Assembly (NCBI GenBank): GCA_963798915.1
Contig: CAWCVB010000006.1
Span: forward strand, 96,001 to 160,000
From: an uncultured Gemmatimonadales bacterium
GTDB lineage: Bacteria; Gemmatimonadota; Gemmatimonadetes; Gemmatimonadales; GWC2-71-9
Reading direction: 5' to 3'
DNA: 64,000 bases
Shown here: in pieces, positions 27,968 to 38,579 of the stretch
Position numbering within the stretch: position 1 is the first letter of the stretch
Layout of the letters: every line of letters begins with the position of its first letter
Position numbers and translations under genes: made by a program
The notes under the pieces: model-generated
What the model saw: the letters and a program-made list of their open reading frames with translations, nothing else
What the model was told of the DNA's origin: nothing
The model's database searches: none

Positions 27968-27996
27968 AACTTACGAGGCCGCCACGGGCAAGTCAA
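27968..27996 (-). promoter_or_regulatory. Sigma70-type promoter of the GGDEF/zinc-ribbon operon
   Basis: TTGACT-N17-TAAGTT on the minus strand, 32 nt upstream of the GTG start. Confidence 0.65.
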
Positions 27997-29825
27997 ACAA
28001 AGTAGGCTGCAATGGCGATCAGGGCATAGACCGCCAGGAGCATGACACCCTCGAACCAGTGCGACTCGCCATCGGTCGTGCCGATCGCGGTGACCAGGAC
28101 GGCCAGCCCAAGGGCCATGACCTCGAAGGGTGCAAACACCAGGTTCATGTCGCGGCCCATGAGGACCCCTGCAAAAACCAGCACGGGAGCCACCAGCAAG
28201 GCGATCTGGGTGCTGGAACCGAATGCTATCTGCAGCGACAGGTCCATCTTGCCTCGCCGGGCCATCATGATGGCCGAGGCATGTTCCGCCGCATTGCCGA
28301 TCAACGGAATGATGATGAGGCCCACGAACATGGTGCTGAGGCCCAAGGCTCCCCCGGCCCCCTGCACACTCTGCACCAGCACCTCGGCAAGAAAGGCGAC
28401 TCCTGCGGTCGCGATTGCCAGCACCAGCACGGCCTTGCCCACACCCCAGGCCCGTCGCGGAATTTCGTGCGGGTCGCCACCCATCAGCCAGCGGTGGGTC
28501 TTCAAACTGAAGAGCAGCGAAAATCCATACGTGATTATCAGGATGACAGCGACCGCTTCCGACAGATGCAGCTCGGTCAGACGCTGGTTGGCTGGATGCG
28601 ATGCGTGGAACAGTGCCGGAAATACGAGTCCGACAACGGCTGCGGCAAGCATGCCGGCGCTGATTCCCGGTGCCGCTCGACCGAAGCGCAGTTCACTCGA
28701 GCGCACGCCGCCAGCGACCAGCGACAGTCCCAGGATGAGGAGCAGGTTGCCAAGGATGCTTCCGGTGATCGAATACTTGACGAGCTCGATCTCCCCCGCC
28801 TGGAGGGCCATGAGGCCGAGGATCAGTTCCGCGGCGTTGCCGAACGTGGCGTTCAGAAGCCCACCGATGGTGGGCCCCGTATGGGCCGCCAAGTGCTCCG
28901 TAGCGTCGCCCATGAACCCAGCCAACGGCACTACCGCGACACAGGCCGCCAGGAAACAGAGCAGCGGGGCCTGGCCGGTATACTGGGCCCACACGGCAAC
29001 TGGGAGCGCCCCAAGCAGCACACGCCGCCAGAGTGGCCCCCAGGAGTCGGGATCCTTACGGAGGTGTTTGAGCGGCCGGCGCGACCTGACGACCGGCTCC
29101 TCGCTCTCAGCCGAGGAGGCGAGTGGCGCTGCGGCAGCCGGGCGCGCCTCGGGCCTCTGGCGCGGCTCCGGTCGCGGCTCTTCGGCAACCCGCTCGCGGC
29201 GACGCTCGGCCTTGGTCCTTCGGCTCCTCCGCTCAGAAGGTTCACGCCGCGAGCGGGTCTCGGACGATGCCTGCGGCACCGAGTCCGCCGCCGGCTCGGC
29301 CTCCGCTTCCGGTGGCTTAGGGGCGTCGACATCAGGGGCGACTGACCCCGCGCTGCCACGCCGCTCTCGCTGCCGCACCTCCCGGGGCAACGGCTCGAGA
29401 CCGGTAGCGGCATAAATCGCGTCTCTCACGGCGCGGGGAGAGGCACCGAGGTCGCCCAGCACCTTGGCCAGGGAGCCACGCGGTTCGGCAAAGGCGGCGA
29501 TAAGCAGGTGGGTGGTGTCGGGCTCGGTGGCCCGGCCGGTCGCCTCGCGCGTGGCCGCGGCCGCGAGGCGGCGACCCTGGCTCGACAGGACCAGTTCGCC
29601 CTCTGGCGGAGGTGACTTCCCCGGCCTGATGCCAGCCTGGATACGTTCGCGCAGGTCCTCGACGGCAACGCCGGCACTTCGGACAGCGGCTTCGGCCGCC
29701 GGGGTGGCCAGCGCCACGAGCAGCAGGTGCTCGGCCGTGATGGCATCGCTGCCGCGGGCCACGGCCTCGGTCCGCGCAGCTTCGAGAAAGGCCAGCTCCG
29801 CCGGGCCTCCTGGCGGCTCAGTCAA
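27993..29825 (-). CDS. Ca2+/H+ antiporter (CAX/ChaA family) fused to an N-terminal double Clp-N domain
   Basis: CAX repeats [41 protein letters not shown]-terminus AEHLLL / TTHLLIA parallels this window's ClpC N-domain; TTG start overlaps the trm112-like gene. Confidence 0.85.
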   Translation of the reverse strand: MTEPPGGPAELAFLEAARTEAVARGSDAITAEHLLLVALATPAAEAAVRSAGVAVEDLRERIQAGIRPGKSPPPEGELVLSSQGRRLAAAATREATGRATEPDTTHLLIAAFAEPRGSLAKVLGDLGASPRAVRDAIYAATGLEPLPREVRQRERRGSAGSVAPDVDAPKPPEAEAEPAADSVPQASSETRSRREPSERRSRRTKAERRRERVAEEPRPEPRQRPEARPAAAAPLASSAESEEPVVRSRRPLKHLRKDPDSWGPLWRRVLLGALPVAVWAQYTGQAPLLCFLAACVAVVPLAGFMGDATEHLAAHTGPTIGGLLNATFGNAAELILGLMALQAGEIELVKYSITGSILGNLLLILGLSLVAGGVRSSELRFGRAAPGISAGMLAAAVVGLVFPALFHASHPANQRLTELHLSEAVAVILIITYGFSLLFSLKTHRWLMGGDPHEIPRRAWGVGKAVLVLAIATAGVAFLAEVLVQSVQGAGGALGLSTMFVGLIIIPLIGNAAEHASAIMMARRGKMDLSLQIAFGSSTQIALLVAPVLVFAGVLMGRDMNLVFAPFEVMALGLAVLVTAIGTTDGESHWFEGVMLLAVYALIAIAAYFV

Positions 29826-29991
29826 GCGGCTTCGCCTCGTCAACGAGCATGATCGGAATGCCGTCCTCGACGGCATACACGAGGCGGCAGGCATGGCAGA
29901 TCAGTGATTCCGGTGGCGCCTCGTGGTACTCGAGCTCGCCCTTGCATGCGGGGCAGACGAGAATTTCCAGCAACTCGGCGTTGAGCGTCAT
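29818..29991 (-). CDS. Trm112/YcaR-like small protein
   Basis: [14 protein letters not shown]...[24 protein letters not shown]. Confidence 0.92.
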   Translation of the reverse strand: MTLNAELLEILVCPACKGELEYHEAPPESLICHACRLVYAVEDGIPIMLVDEAKPLD

Positions 29992-30860
29992 GTCTTCTCC
30001 GAATCTGAAACAGGAAAACCAAGGCGCGAGAGCGCAGCCGCGTTGCGGCGCCACTTGGGCAGCACTTTGACCCAGAGATCGAGGTACACGCGCCCTCCGA
30101 GCAGATCCTCGAGCCGGCGGCGTGCGTGTTCCCCGATGGCCTTGATGGTGCGTCCGCCGCGGCCCACCACCATGCCCTTCTGGGACTCACGTTCGACATA
30201 GAGCGTCACTCGAATGTACACCGGCGATTCCGCCTCCCGATACTCCTCGACCTCGGCGGCAAAGCCATAGGGCAATTCGTCCTGCAGGAACTCGAACGCG
30301 GCTTCCCGCAGATACTCCGTGGCGAAGAATCGGACGGGCTGGGTGCCGATGTCGTCAGGGTCGTACGCGAACTCCCGCTCCGGCAACCGCGCGCGCAGTT
30401 GCGCCAGGAGCTCCGTCAGCGATCCCGGCTCCCGGGCGCTGACAACCAGCGCCGCCTGTGCCAGCTGCCGGCGGGCGTCGTCCGGGACGAGGTCCGCCTT
30501 GGTATAGACCGTGATCACCGGCGCGTGCGGAGGTGCAGTCAGCCGAGCCGAGCTCATGAAAGGCGGCGCAGGAGCGTCCGGCGCAGGATGGACATGCACG
30601 ATCAGGTCCGCTGCGTCTATCCCGGCCTGTGCCGCGGCCATCATGCGCGCCTGCATCAGGTAGGCAGGATCCATCAGCCCCGGCAGATCCACGAACACAT
30701 ACTGGGTGTCACCATCGGTCAGCAGGCCAGTCACGGGCAGCCGGGTAGCCTGCGGTCGCGGGCTCACAATAGCCAGATGAGAGCCAACCACCGCATTCAT
30801 CAACGTCGACTTGCCGGCATTGGGAGCGCCGGCGAGTGCAATCCGTCCGCAGCGTGTCAT
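29988..30860 (-). CDS. era: GTPase Era
   Basis: [27 protein letters not shown] domain [19 protein letters not shown]. Confidence 0.94.
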   Translation of the reverse strand: MTRCGRIALAGAPNAGKSTLMNAVVGSHLAIVSPRPQATRLPVTGLLTDGDTQYVFVDLPGLMDPAYLMQARMMAAAQAGIDAADLIVHVHPAPDAPAPPFMSSARLTAPPHAPVITVYTKADLVPDDARRQLAQAALVVSAREPGSLTELLAQLRARLPEREFAYDPDDIGTQPVRFFATEYLREAAFEFLQDELPYGFAAEVEEYREAESPVYIRVTLYVERESQKGMVVGRGGRTIKAIGEHARRRLEDLLGGRVYLDLWVKVLPKWRRNAAALSRLGFPVSDSEKT

Positions 30861-30895
30861 GCGGATAACGTAACAGCGCGATTACACTTCTCAGA
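30861..30895. promoter_or_regulatory. 35-bp divergent promoter region, both transcripts probably leaderless
   Basis: Plus strand TACACT-N7-ATG(30896); minus strand TGn-TACGTT-N6-ATG(30860); no SD for either gene. Confidence 0.6.
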
Positions 30896-31804
30896 ATGGC
30901 CACTCCCGTTTCCGCACCTCAATTGGTCGTGCTCGCGGCCGGCCTGGGCCGGCGCTTCGGCGGCCTGAAGCAGCTGACCGGAGTCGGCCCTGGCGGCGCC
31001 ACCCTGCTGGAATATTCGCTGTTCGATGCGCGCCAGGCCGGCTTTGGGCGAGTGACGTTCGTCATTCGGCCCGAGATGCAGGGCGACTTTCGGAGTTTCG
31101 CAGAAGGCCGCCTGCCGCCGAGTCTCGAGTGGAATCTTTGCCTTCAGCGTATGGAGGACGTGCCGCCGGGGAGCGTGACACCGGGCGGCCGCAGGCGGCC
31201 ATGGGGTACCGCGCATGCGGTGCTGGCCGCCGAGTCCAGTGTGAGCGGCCCGTTTGGCGTCGTGAATGCCGATGATTTTTATGGACGCGAAGCCTTTCAC
31301 GCCATGGCGTCCTTTCTGGCGTCGGACCGACCCGACTGGGCGCTTGTGGGCTATGAGCTCGGCGCGACCCTGTCACCGGCAGGTGGGGTCAATCGCGGAC
31401 TGCTCGCGCTGGCCGACGATGGCACCCTCGCAAGTATCGAAGAGGTCATGGACCTGGTCCGTACAGAGGAAGGCGCCATTACCGGACTGGGCGAGGCGGG
31501 CCCGCGCATCGTGAACGGCAAAGCGCTCGTCTCCATGAATTTCTGGGGGCTGGAGCCGTCGGTCTTTGGCGGGCTCCGATCGGGATTTCGCCGGTTCCTG
31601 GAAGGCGCCGACATTGAGCACGATGAATACCCGCTTCCTGTGGCGATGCAGGACCTGATCCAGGACGGCGAGCGCCGAATAGCGGTGCTCGCCAGCGCCA
31701 GCCGCTGGTTTGGCGTCACCTATCACGAAGACCTTGTCGCAGTGCGAACGGCGCTCGAGCAGCTCGTCGCATCCGGCCACTATCCGGAGCGGCTGTGGAG
31801 CTGA
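30896..31804 (+). CDS. Sugar-1-phosphate nucleotidyltransferase family protein
   Basis: LVVLAAGLGRRFGGLKQ, PWGTAHAV, VNADDFYG, VSMNFWG, WFGVTY. Confidence 0.88.
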   Translation: MATPVSAPQLVVLAAGLGRRFGGLKQLTGVGPGGATLLEYSLFDARQAGFGRVTFVIRPEMQGDFRSFAEGRLPPSLEWNLCLQRMEDVPPGSVTPGGRRRPWGTAHAVLAAESSVSGPFGVVNADDFYGREAFHAMASFLASDRPDWALVGYELGATLSPAGGVNRGLLALADDGTLASIEEVMDLVRTEEGAITGLGEAGPRIVNGKALVSMNFWGLEPSVFGGLRSGFRRFLEGADIEHDEYPLPVAMQDLIQDGERRIAVLASASRWFGVTYHEDLVAVRTALEQLVASGHYPERLWS

Positions 31805-32895
31805 TGCCGCGGGAAGTGCAGCGCTTCGCATTCGATGGCGTCCCCGACGAGGTCACCGCCCTGCCAGGTGGTCACATCAATCAATCCTTTCATGTCACGT
31901 GCACCGGGCCTGCCGGCCCACGAGGCTACCTGCTGCAGCGGCTGAATCGGCAGGTCTTCCCGGATGGCATGGCGGTCATGGGCAATGTTGCCGCGATTAC
32001 ATCCTATCTGGCCCGCGAGCGCAGCGAGGACCATGTATTGCCCCGGCAGCATGAACTGCAGCTCGTGCCAACGCGCTCGGGAAAGCTGTGGCATACCGAC
32101 CCCGATGGCTCCACCTGGCGAGCCTTTCCGTTCCTTGCCCCGGCGTGCACTCACCTGCAGGCCTCCTCGGCTGACCTGAGCGCCTCGGCGGGGCTGGCAT
32201 TCGGTACCTTCCTGCGAATGCTCGCCAATTACGACGGCCCGCCGCTGGCCGAAACCATCGCGCACTTCCATGACGTTGTCCATTCGCTCGACGCGCTGGA
32301 ACGTGCGGCGCTGGCAGATCCGCTCCGACGCATGCGGGGGGCGCGGTCGGAATTCGAGCAATGCCGCGCCACCGGGCCACTGGGCGAAGAACTCGCCGGC
32401 GTTGCGGACGGCATGCCACAGCGGATTGTGCACAATGATGCGAAACTGGCCAACGTCCTGCTGGCTGTCGGAAGCGGCGAGCCGGTGGCCGTGGTCGATC
32501 TCGATACGGTGATGCCGGGCTTGTCCCTGGCCGATGTCGGCGACTTGATCCGCTCCGTGGGGAGCCCGGCCGGCGAGGAGGAAGCCGACCTCGCGCGCGT
32601 TCGAGCCGAGCCCACGCTGATCAAGGCGGCATTGACCGGGTACTTCACGGGCGCCGCGCGGGTGCTCAGTGATGCCGAGCGCTCCCATGCGGTGCTGGCC
32701 GGTTGCGTCATCACGCTGGAGCAGGCGATGCGGTTTCTGCATGACCATTTGATGGGTGACACGTACTATCCTGCGCCTCACCCAGAACAGAACCTTCGCC
32801 GCGCCCGCAACCAGTTGACGCTGCTGAAGTCCCTTCTCGACCAGCGGGCCGCGCTCGAGCGGCAGGCCGTTCACCTTTCGCGAGAGTTCGCATGA
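31804..32895 (+). CDS. APH/choline-kinase-fold phosphotransferase, N-acetylhexosamine 1-kinase-like
   Basis: GHINQSF, YLLQRLN, HNDAKLANVL, VVDLDTVMPG, RFLHDHLMGDTYY, NLRRARNQ; TGATG overlap with upstream gene. Confidence 0.85.
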   Translation: MPREVQRFAFDGVPDEVTALPGGHINQSFHVTCTGPAGPRGYLLQRLNRQVFPDGMAVMGNVAAITSYLARERSEDHVLPRQHELQLVPTRSGKLWHTDPDGSTWRAFPFLAPACTHLQASSADLSASAGLAFGTFLRMLANYDGPPLAETIAHFHDVVHSLDALERAALADPLRRMRGARSEFEQCRATGPLGEELAGVADGMPQRIVHNDAKLANVLLAVGSGEPVAVVDLDTVMPGLSLADVGDLIRSVGSPAGEEEADLARVRAEPTLIKAALTGYFTGAARVLSDAERSHAVLAGCVITLEQAMRFLHDHLMGDTYYPAPHPEQNLRRARNQLTLLKSLLDQRAALERQAVHLSREFA

Positions 32896-35800
32896 TGCGA
32901 AGGAGCCTTCGCCCCCTTGCGGCGGTGTTCTTCCTCACACCCGGAGCGCTCGGCGCACAGACGCTGCCCCGGGGAATCGGACAGTGGAATGCGGATTCGC
33001 TCGGCAACCATCGCGTTGTCATTGCGGTGGATTCCGGCGCATCGGCGGTGCGGGCTCATATCGTCTGGCGGAGGCGCGATCGCGCCCCGTCGAAGAAGCA
33101 GGTGCTGGTTTACGCCGCGGGCCGGCCCGGGCGGATTCTCAATGCACGAGTCTTCGGCGTCTCCCAGCTCGAAGCGGATGTCGCGTTCCAGCCGGTCGCC
33201 GGGGCGGGTGAATACTGGGTGTACTACATGCCCTACACCGGCACCGTGCGGTCCAACTACCCGAAGATCACCTACCCGGTGCAGGACTCGACCGCTGACG
33301 ACGGGTGGCTTCGCTCAAACCAGCTCGACGATGGGGCTCTTGAGCAGGGGCGGTGGCGCTCGCTTCCCCTGGCGCACGTCGTTCGACTGGAAGCTGCGGA
33401 CTCCATGGATCGGTTCGATGCGATGGAGCAGATCGCCGCGCCTGATGAGGTGGCCGCGCTGCGTATCGCTGCCGGGAGTGCGCCCGCGCTGGTCTTTCCG
33501 GAGGACCGCTTGCATCCGGTCCGGATGCGGCATCAGGTGCCGCACCGATGGGCCGAGGCAGGTCCGGGGCAGGCGCTCAGCGACACCGCTCGCCGGGGCG
33601 AATTTCTCGCGTTCCAGCTGGGGATCTGGGCCCTCGACTCCGTGCACGACGTTGCGGTCACGTTCTCGCCCCTTACGAGCCCGAGCGGAGCTAGCATCGC
33701 GAAGGAGCAGTTCAGCTCCTTCAACACACATGGCGTGAACTGGCAGGGCGAGGAGTTCAACCGCACGGTCTCAGTGCCGGCGGGTTCGGTCCAGTCGCTC
33801 TGGTGCGGGGTCCAGGTGCCTGATTCCGCCAGCGCGGGCGCCTACCGCGGAACGGTCGACATCTCGCTGGATGGATACCGCACCACGGTGCCGATTCAGC
33901 TGACCGTGCTCCCCCGTGGCATCGCCGATCATGGCGACGACGAGCCTTGGCGGCTGTCGCGGCTGCGCTGGCTCGATTCGCGACTGGCTCTCGATACGAC
34001 GCTCGTGAAGCCGTACACCCCGGTCCGCGTCGCTGCTAACCGACTCGAGCTCCTGGGTCGCCGTATTACGCTGGCGCGCTCCGGCCTGCCAGCGCAGATC
34101 GAAAGCTTCTTCACGTCGGACATGACCAGCATCAGCCGGCAGGCCACGCCGGTCCTGGCAGCCCCCATCAGCCTGAAGGTGAAGGACCGGGATGGTCGGC
34201 CGATGCCCTGGACCTTCGATGGCTGGCACCTCCGCCGCCAATTGCCAGGCGCCGCTGTCTGGGACGCGACCTCGCACGCCGGCGACTTGACGATGCATCT
34301 CCAGGCGGAGCTCGACTTCGATGGCGCGATCGAATACCGGATCGGGCTGGTGGCCGCCCGGGAGATCTCGCTGGCGGATGTCGCCCTCGAGATCCCGATG
34401 CGAACTGATGTCGCGCGGTACATGATGGGCATGCATGCAAAGGGCGGCGCCGCGCCCGCATCGTACGATTGGCACTGGGACGTCAGGCGAAACCAGGACG
34501 CCGCCTGGATCGGGCGCGTCAACGCGGGCCTGCAATTTACGCTCAAGGACGAGCACTATGTGCGGCCGCTGAATACCAACTTCTACCAGCTGCGGCCGCT
34601 GATCATGCCCAGCTCATGGGACAACGGTGGCAAGGGCGGATGCCATTTTGGGCGTGAGGCAGGCCAGTATCTGGTTCGATGCGGCAGCGGCGCGCGAACG
34701 ATGGCAGCGGGCGACACGCTCCGGTTTGATCTTCGGCTGCTCATTACGCCGTTCCATGTCATCAATCCGGCGGCGCACTTTTCGACACGCTACTTCCATG
34801 CCTACCAACCGGTCGACACGGTCAAGGCTGCCGGCGCCAATGTGATCAATGTGCATCACGCCACCGCGATCAACCCGTACATCAACTATCCATTCCTCCG
34901 TCCCGAGGCGATGAAGGCCTACATCGACTCGGCCCATGCGGCGGGGATGCGGGTCAAGATCTACTATACCGTTCGCGAACTGACCAACCGCGCGCCCGAG
35001 CTCTGGGCATTGCGCAGTCTGGGCACCGACGTTCTTGCCGGCGGACCGGGCGGCGGTCATTCCTGGCTGCAGGAGCACGTGGTCGAGAATTACATCCCGG
35101 GCTGGGTCGTGCCGGAGCGCCGGGACGTGGCGCTGGTGACGAGCGGCATCTCGCGCTGGCACAATCACTACGTTGAAGGGCTTGACTGGCTCGCCAGGCA
35201 TGCAGGCATCGATGGTCTCTACCTGGACGACGTGGCCTTCGACCGGATCACCATGCAGCGCATCCGGCGGGTGCTGGAGCGCGACCGCCCTGCCCCGCTG
35301 ATCGATCTCCACTCGGCCAATCAGTACAATCCGAACGATGGCTTTGCCAGCAGCGCCAACCTGTACCTCGAACACTTTCCGTACATTGACCGGCTCTGGT
35401 TCGGGGAGTACTTCGACTACGATTCGCCGCCGGACTACTGGCTGGTGGAGATGTCGGGCATTCCGTTCGGCCTCATGGGCGAGATGCTGCAGAACGGAGG
35501 GAATCCCTGGCGCGGCATGCTCTTCGGCATGACAGCGCGACTTCCCTGGGCCGGGGACCCGCGTCCGCTGTGGAAAGAGTGGGATGCCTTCGGTCTTGCC
35601 GACAGTCGAATGTACGGGTGGTGGATGGACCACCCACCGGTCACGACGGGACGGAAGGACGTGCTGGCAACGGCCTACGCGCGGAATGGCAAGGCGCTGA
35701 TCGCACTGGCGAGCTGGGCCAAGGATACGGTACGCGTCTCGCTCACGCTCGACTGGCGACGGCTGGGCATGAACGAGGCCGGCGTCACGCTCACCGCGCA

Positions 35801-35909
35801 TCCCATAGACAAGTTCCAGGAGGCGGCTGAGTTCCGGATCGGAGAGCCAATTCCGGTGGCACCCGGGAAGGGATGGTTGCTGCAGCTGAGCAGCAGGAAG
35901 CAGGACTAG
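32892..35909 (+). CDS. Large secreted putative glycoside hydrolase (DUF6067-like)
   Basis: Signal peptide; barrel-like core NVINVHHA, NPYINYPF, KIYYTVREL, DGLYLDDVAFDR, LWFGEYFDY; ATGA-coupled to the kinase; family assignment from memory. Confidence 0.72.
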   Translation: MMRRSLRPLAAVFFLTPGALGAQTLPRGIGQWNADSLGNHRVVIAVDSGASAVRAHIVWRRRDRAPSKKQVLVYAAGRPGRILNARVFGVSQLEADVAFQPVAGAGEYWVYYMPYTGTVRSNYPKITYPVQDSTADDGWLRSNQLDDGALEQGRWRSLPLAHVVRLEAADSMDRFDAMEQIAAPDEVAALRIAAGSAPALVFPEDRLHPVRMRHQVPHRWAEAGPGQALSDTARRGEFLAFQLGIWALDSVHDVAVTFSPLTSPSGASIAKEQFSSFNTHGVNWQGEEFNRTVSVPAGSVQSLWCGVQVPDSASAGAYRGTVDISLDGYRTTVPIQLTVLPRGIADHGDDEPWRLSRLRWLDSRLALDTTLVKPYTPVRVAANRLELLGRRITLARSGLPAQIESFFTSDMTSISRQATPVLAAPISLKVKDRDGRPMPWTFDGWHLRRQLPGAAVWDATSHAGDLTMHLQAELDFDGAIEYRIGLVAAREISLADVALEIPMRTDVARYMMGMHAKGGAAPASYDWHWDVRRNQDAAWIGRVNAGLQFTLKDEHYVRPLNTNFYQLRPLIMPSSWDNGGKGGCHFGREAGQYLVRCGSGARTMAAGDTLRFDLRLLITPFHVINPAAHFSTRYFHAYQPVDTVKAAGANVINVHHATAINPYINYPFLRPEAMKAYIDSAHAAGMRVKIYYTVRELTNRAPELWALRSLGTDVLAGGPGGGHSWLQEHVVENYIPGWVVPERRDVALVTSGISRWHNHYVEGLDWLARHAGIDGLYLDDVAFDRITMQRIRRVLERDRPAPLIDLHSANQYNPNDGFASSANLYLEHFPYIDRLWFGEYFDYDSPPDYWLVEMSGIPFGLMGEMLQNGGNPWRGMLFGMTARLPWAGDPRPLWKEWDAFGLADSRMYGWWMDHPPVTTGRKDVLATAYARNGKALIALASWAKDTVRVSLTLDWRRLGMNEAGVTLTAHPIDKFQEAAEFRIGEPIPVAPGKGWLLQLSSRKQD

Positions 35910-38573
35910 CGCCGGCGAGCGCTCGCAGCGCGTTCCACGGCTGCAGGAAAGCTGGTGATGACATCCAAGCTCCGTGCCGTCACATCCGGGCTGTTCAGGA
36001 GGACCAGCAGGCGGCCATCGGGAGCGATGTCATGGTTCCAGGCAAAGGTTGAAAGAAACGCGCCCTCGGCGAGGAGCTCCGCCCGGCCGGCGTGGAAGCC
36101 GCTGGCGAACGAGACCGGCACACGGTAGTAGCGGTTCCTATTCCGGTAGATCAGACCCGTCCCATCCGGCGTCCAGAGGGGCATCTGACCCTGTTCGGCG
36201 ACCTGGTAAATGGCGCCGGTGGGTGGCACCGGCGATACCGACACCGTGCCATCCACTCCTCCCCATGCGAGCCAGCGGCCATTGGGCGAGAAGCTGGCCG
36301 CGACTCCGCGCGCAGGAATGGCAATCCGGGTTGTGTCCGGCCCGAGTGACCGCAGGAACAGCTGCCCGGTACGCCAATCGTTGAAAACAAACTGACCGCC
36401 AATTGGCGACACCGTCATGTACGAGGCGCCACCGAGGTGTATGTCCCGCCACTTTCCCGTCTCCAGTGACTGGATCCGCGCACCGTAGTTGACGAACTGC
36501 ACCGGATCCCAGAGGCCGATCATCAATTCCCGCCCACCGGGCAACCAGGACGCCGGAAACACCCGATAGTTCCCTTCGACGTCGATCTTCCGACGCACAC
36601 CGGTCATCAGGTCGAGCAACAACACCTCCGAGCCGCCGATCGGGTCCCGGGCCTGCACCGCGAGCCGGGTGCCATCCGGCGAGAGGCGAGGCTGGGTATA
36701 CTGGCCGCGCGGAAACGGCAGCGTGTCCATGCGATGGCCCGGCCCGGCAAAGGCGATGTTCACGTACAGCTGGTTCCTGCCCGGCACGTAGACGGCGGTG
36801 CCATTGCGGGAGATCGCAAAGTCAGCGTAGCCGAATCCCGCCTCCATCCGCACACCAGTCACGATCGGCGTCGGCTCCCCCAGCACGCGGCGCCGCTTCC
36901 CATCAAACGGCAGGGCCGTCATTACACCATCGCCGGCGGCAAACACCAGGTATCCATTGGGAAGCCAATGGGGGCTCGCTCCGAACAGGAGGCCAGATGC
37001 CCGGACCGAATCGAGCGGGACGATTCCGCGGCGGGTGATGGCGAGTTCCCTGCCGGTGACCAGTGACAGCAGCGCCAGCTGCCCGGAGCTCAGCTGCCCC
37101 ACCACCCAATCGTCGCCAGGCAAGGCGTCCGACGTGCCGAACTGCGTGGTCAGGGATATCACGGAATCACTATGCACACCACCCGGCGAGATCCGGTGCA
37201 GCTCAAAGCCCTCGTTCTCGAGGACAATGATCTGGTCATTGCTGGTCCAGTGGGCTCCGGTGATGCGGTCTACCTGAGCCAGTGTCACCGGGTCGCCGCC
37301 CCTTGCGGGCACCTTGAGCAGGAAACTTGCCCGAGAAGAACCCAATCCAGGCGCCGTCAGGAGAGAAAAATGGGTGATACGCTCCGTCGGTGCCTGGAAA
37401 AGTGATAATGGAGTCATTGGCCAGCTGCCGTTCGGCGAGCATCGTGCTTCCGCCACTCGTGGCGATATATGCCAGTCGATCTCCTGCGGGAGATAGCGCA
37501 ATCGCCGTCTGTGGCCCGGCGCTTGAACCCGCACCTGCGAGCGCCACCTGTGCCTCGTCGGGAAGCACGACGTTCCAGTGGCGTATGGGCGGTTCCGGGG
37601 ACACCGCGAACATTCGGTGTCCCGCAATCCCGATCACCGCGCCCAGGACGGCACCCAGCGCGACCCAGCCAAGGGTTCTGCGTCGCACGCGAGCGTGCAT
37701 CGGGGCTCGGCGCGCAGGAGCAACAGCAGTGAGGGCCTCAGCGAATTCTGCACCGGAGGCGAACCGGTCAGCGGGCACCGGGGCCAGGGCCCGATGAATT
37801 GCATCGGCAGCGGCCTCCGGGACCGCGCTGCGCACGTCCCGCAACGGCTTCGTCGCACCGACCAGCACCGCAGCAACCACAGCCTGAAGCGACGGCCCGG
37901 TGAACGGCGGCATGCCGGCCAGCGATTCGTACGCAACGCACGCCAGCGCGTAGATGTCGCTGCGCCCGTCGAGCGCCCGTTCCCCCGACATCTGCTCGGG
38001 GCTCATGTAGCTCGGCGTGCCGATGGACAGTCCTGTCTGTGTCAACCGGCTCGCGCCCGCCGAGCTGACGGCCAGGGCGATGCCGAAGTCTGCGAGCATC
38101 GGCTGCCCATCGTGCAGCAGAATGTTTTCCGGCTTGATGTCGCGATGCAGCACGCCTTGACGGTGCGCGTAGTCCAGCGCGCCCGCGATCGCCTGCACGA
38201 TCGCGATCGCCTGCGACACGGCCAGCTCGCGCTCCCTGACCAGGCGATCGCGCAGTGATTCGCCTTGCACCAGTGGCATCACGTAATAGAGCAGCTCGCC
38301 GGCTGCTCCGGAGTCATACAACGGCAGGATATGGGGGTGCTGAAGCTTGGCCGTCACCCGGATCTCGCGAAGAAAGCGGTCCGCGCCCACGACCGCCGAG
38401 AGCTCGGGTCGTAGCACCTTGACGGCGACTTGCCGGTCGTGCTTCAGGTCGGTGGCTTCGTACACAACCGCCATGCCGCCCTCGCCGAGCAGGCGACCAA
38501 TCTGGTATCGGTCGTGCAAGGCTGACTGGAGCTGATTCGTCAGGCTGTTCGCGACGGGCTCGTCAGGCATCAT
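35906..38573 (-). pseudogene. Ser/Thr protein kinase with TM segment and TolB/PD40-like beta-propeller, split by a 1-nt frameshift near 37325
   Basis: Kinase motifs GEGGMAVVY, VAVKVL, HRDIKPENILL, DFGIA, GTPSYMSPEQ; propeller repeats (SPAGD, SPDG, SPNG, TPDG) continue across two frames. Confidence 0.8.
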
Positions 38574-38579
38574 CCGGCC

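Noticed and set aside
31804..32895. Aminoglycoside-resistance phosphotransferase
   Set aside because: The fold is shared, but the motifs (GHIN, DLDTVMPG, GDTYY) and coupling to a sugar nucleotidyltransferase point to a sugar kinase.
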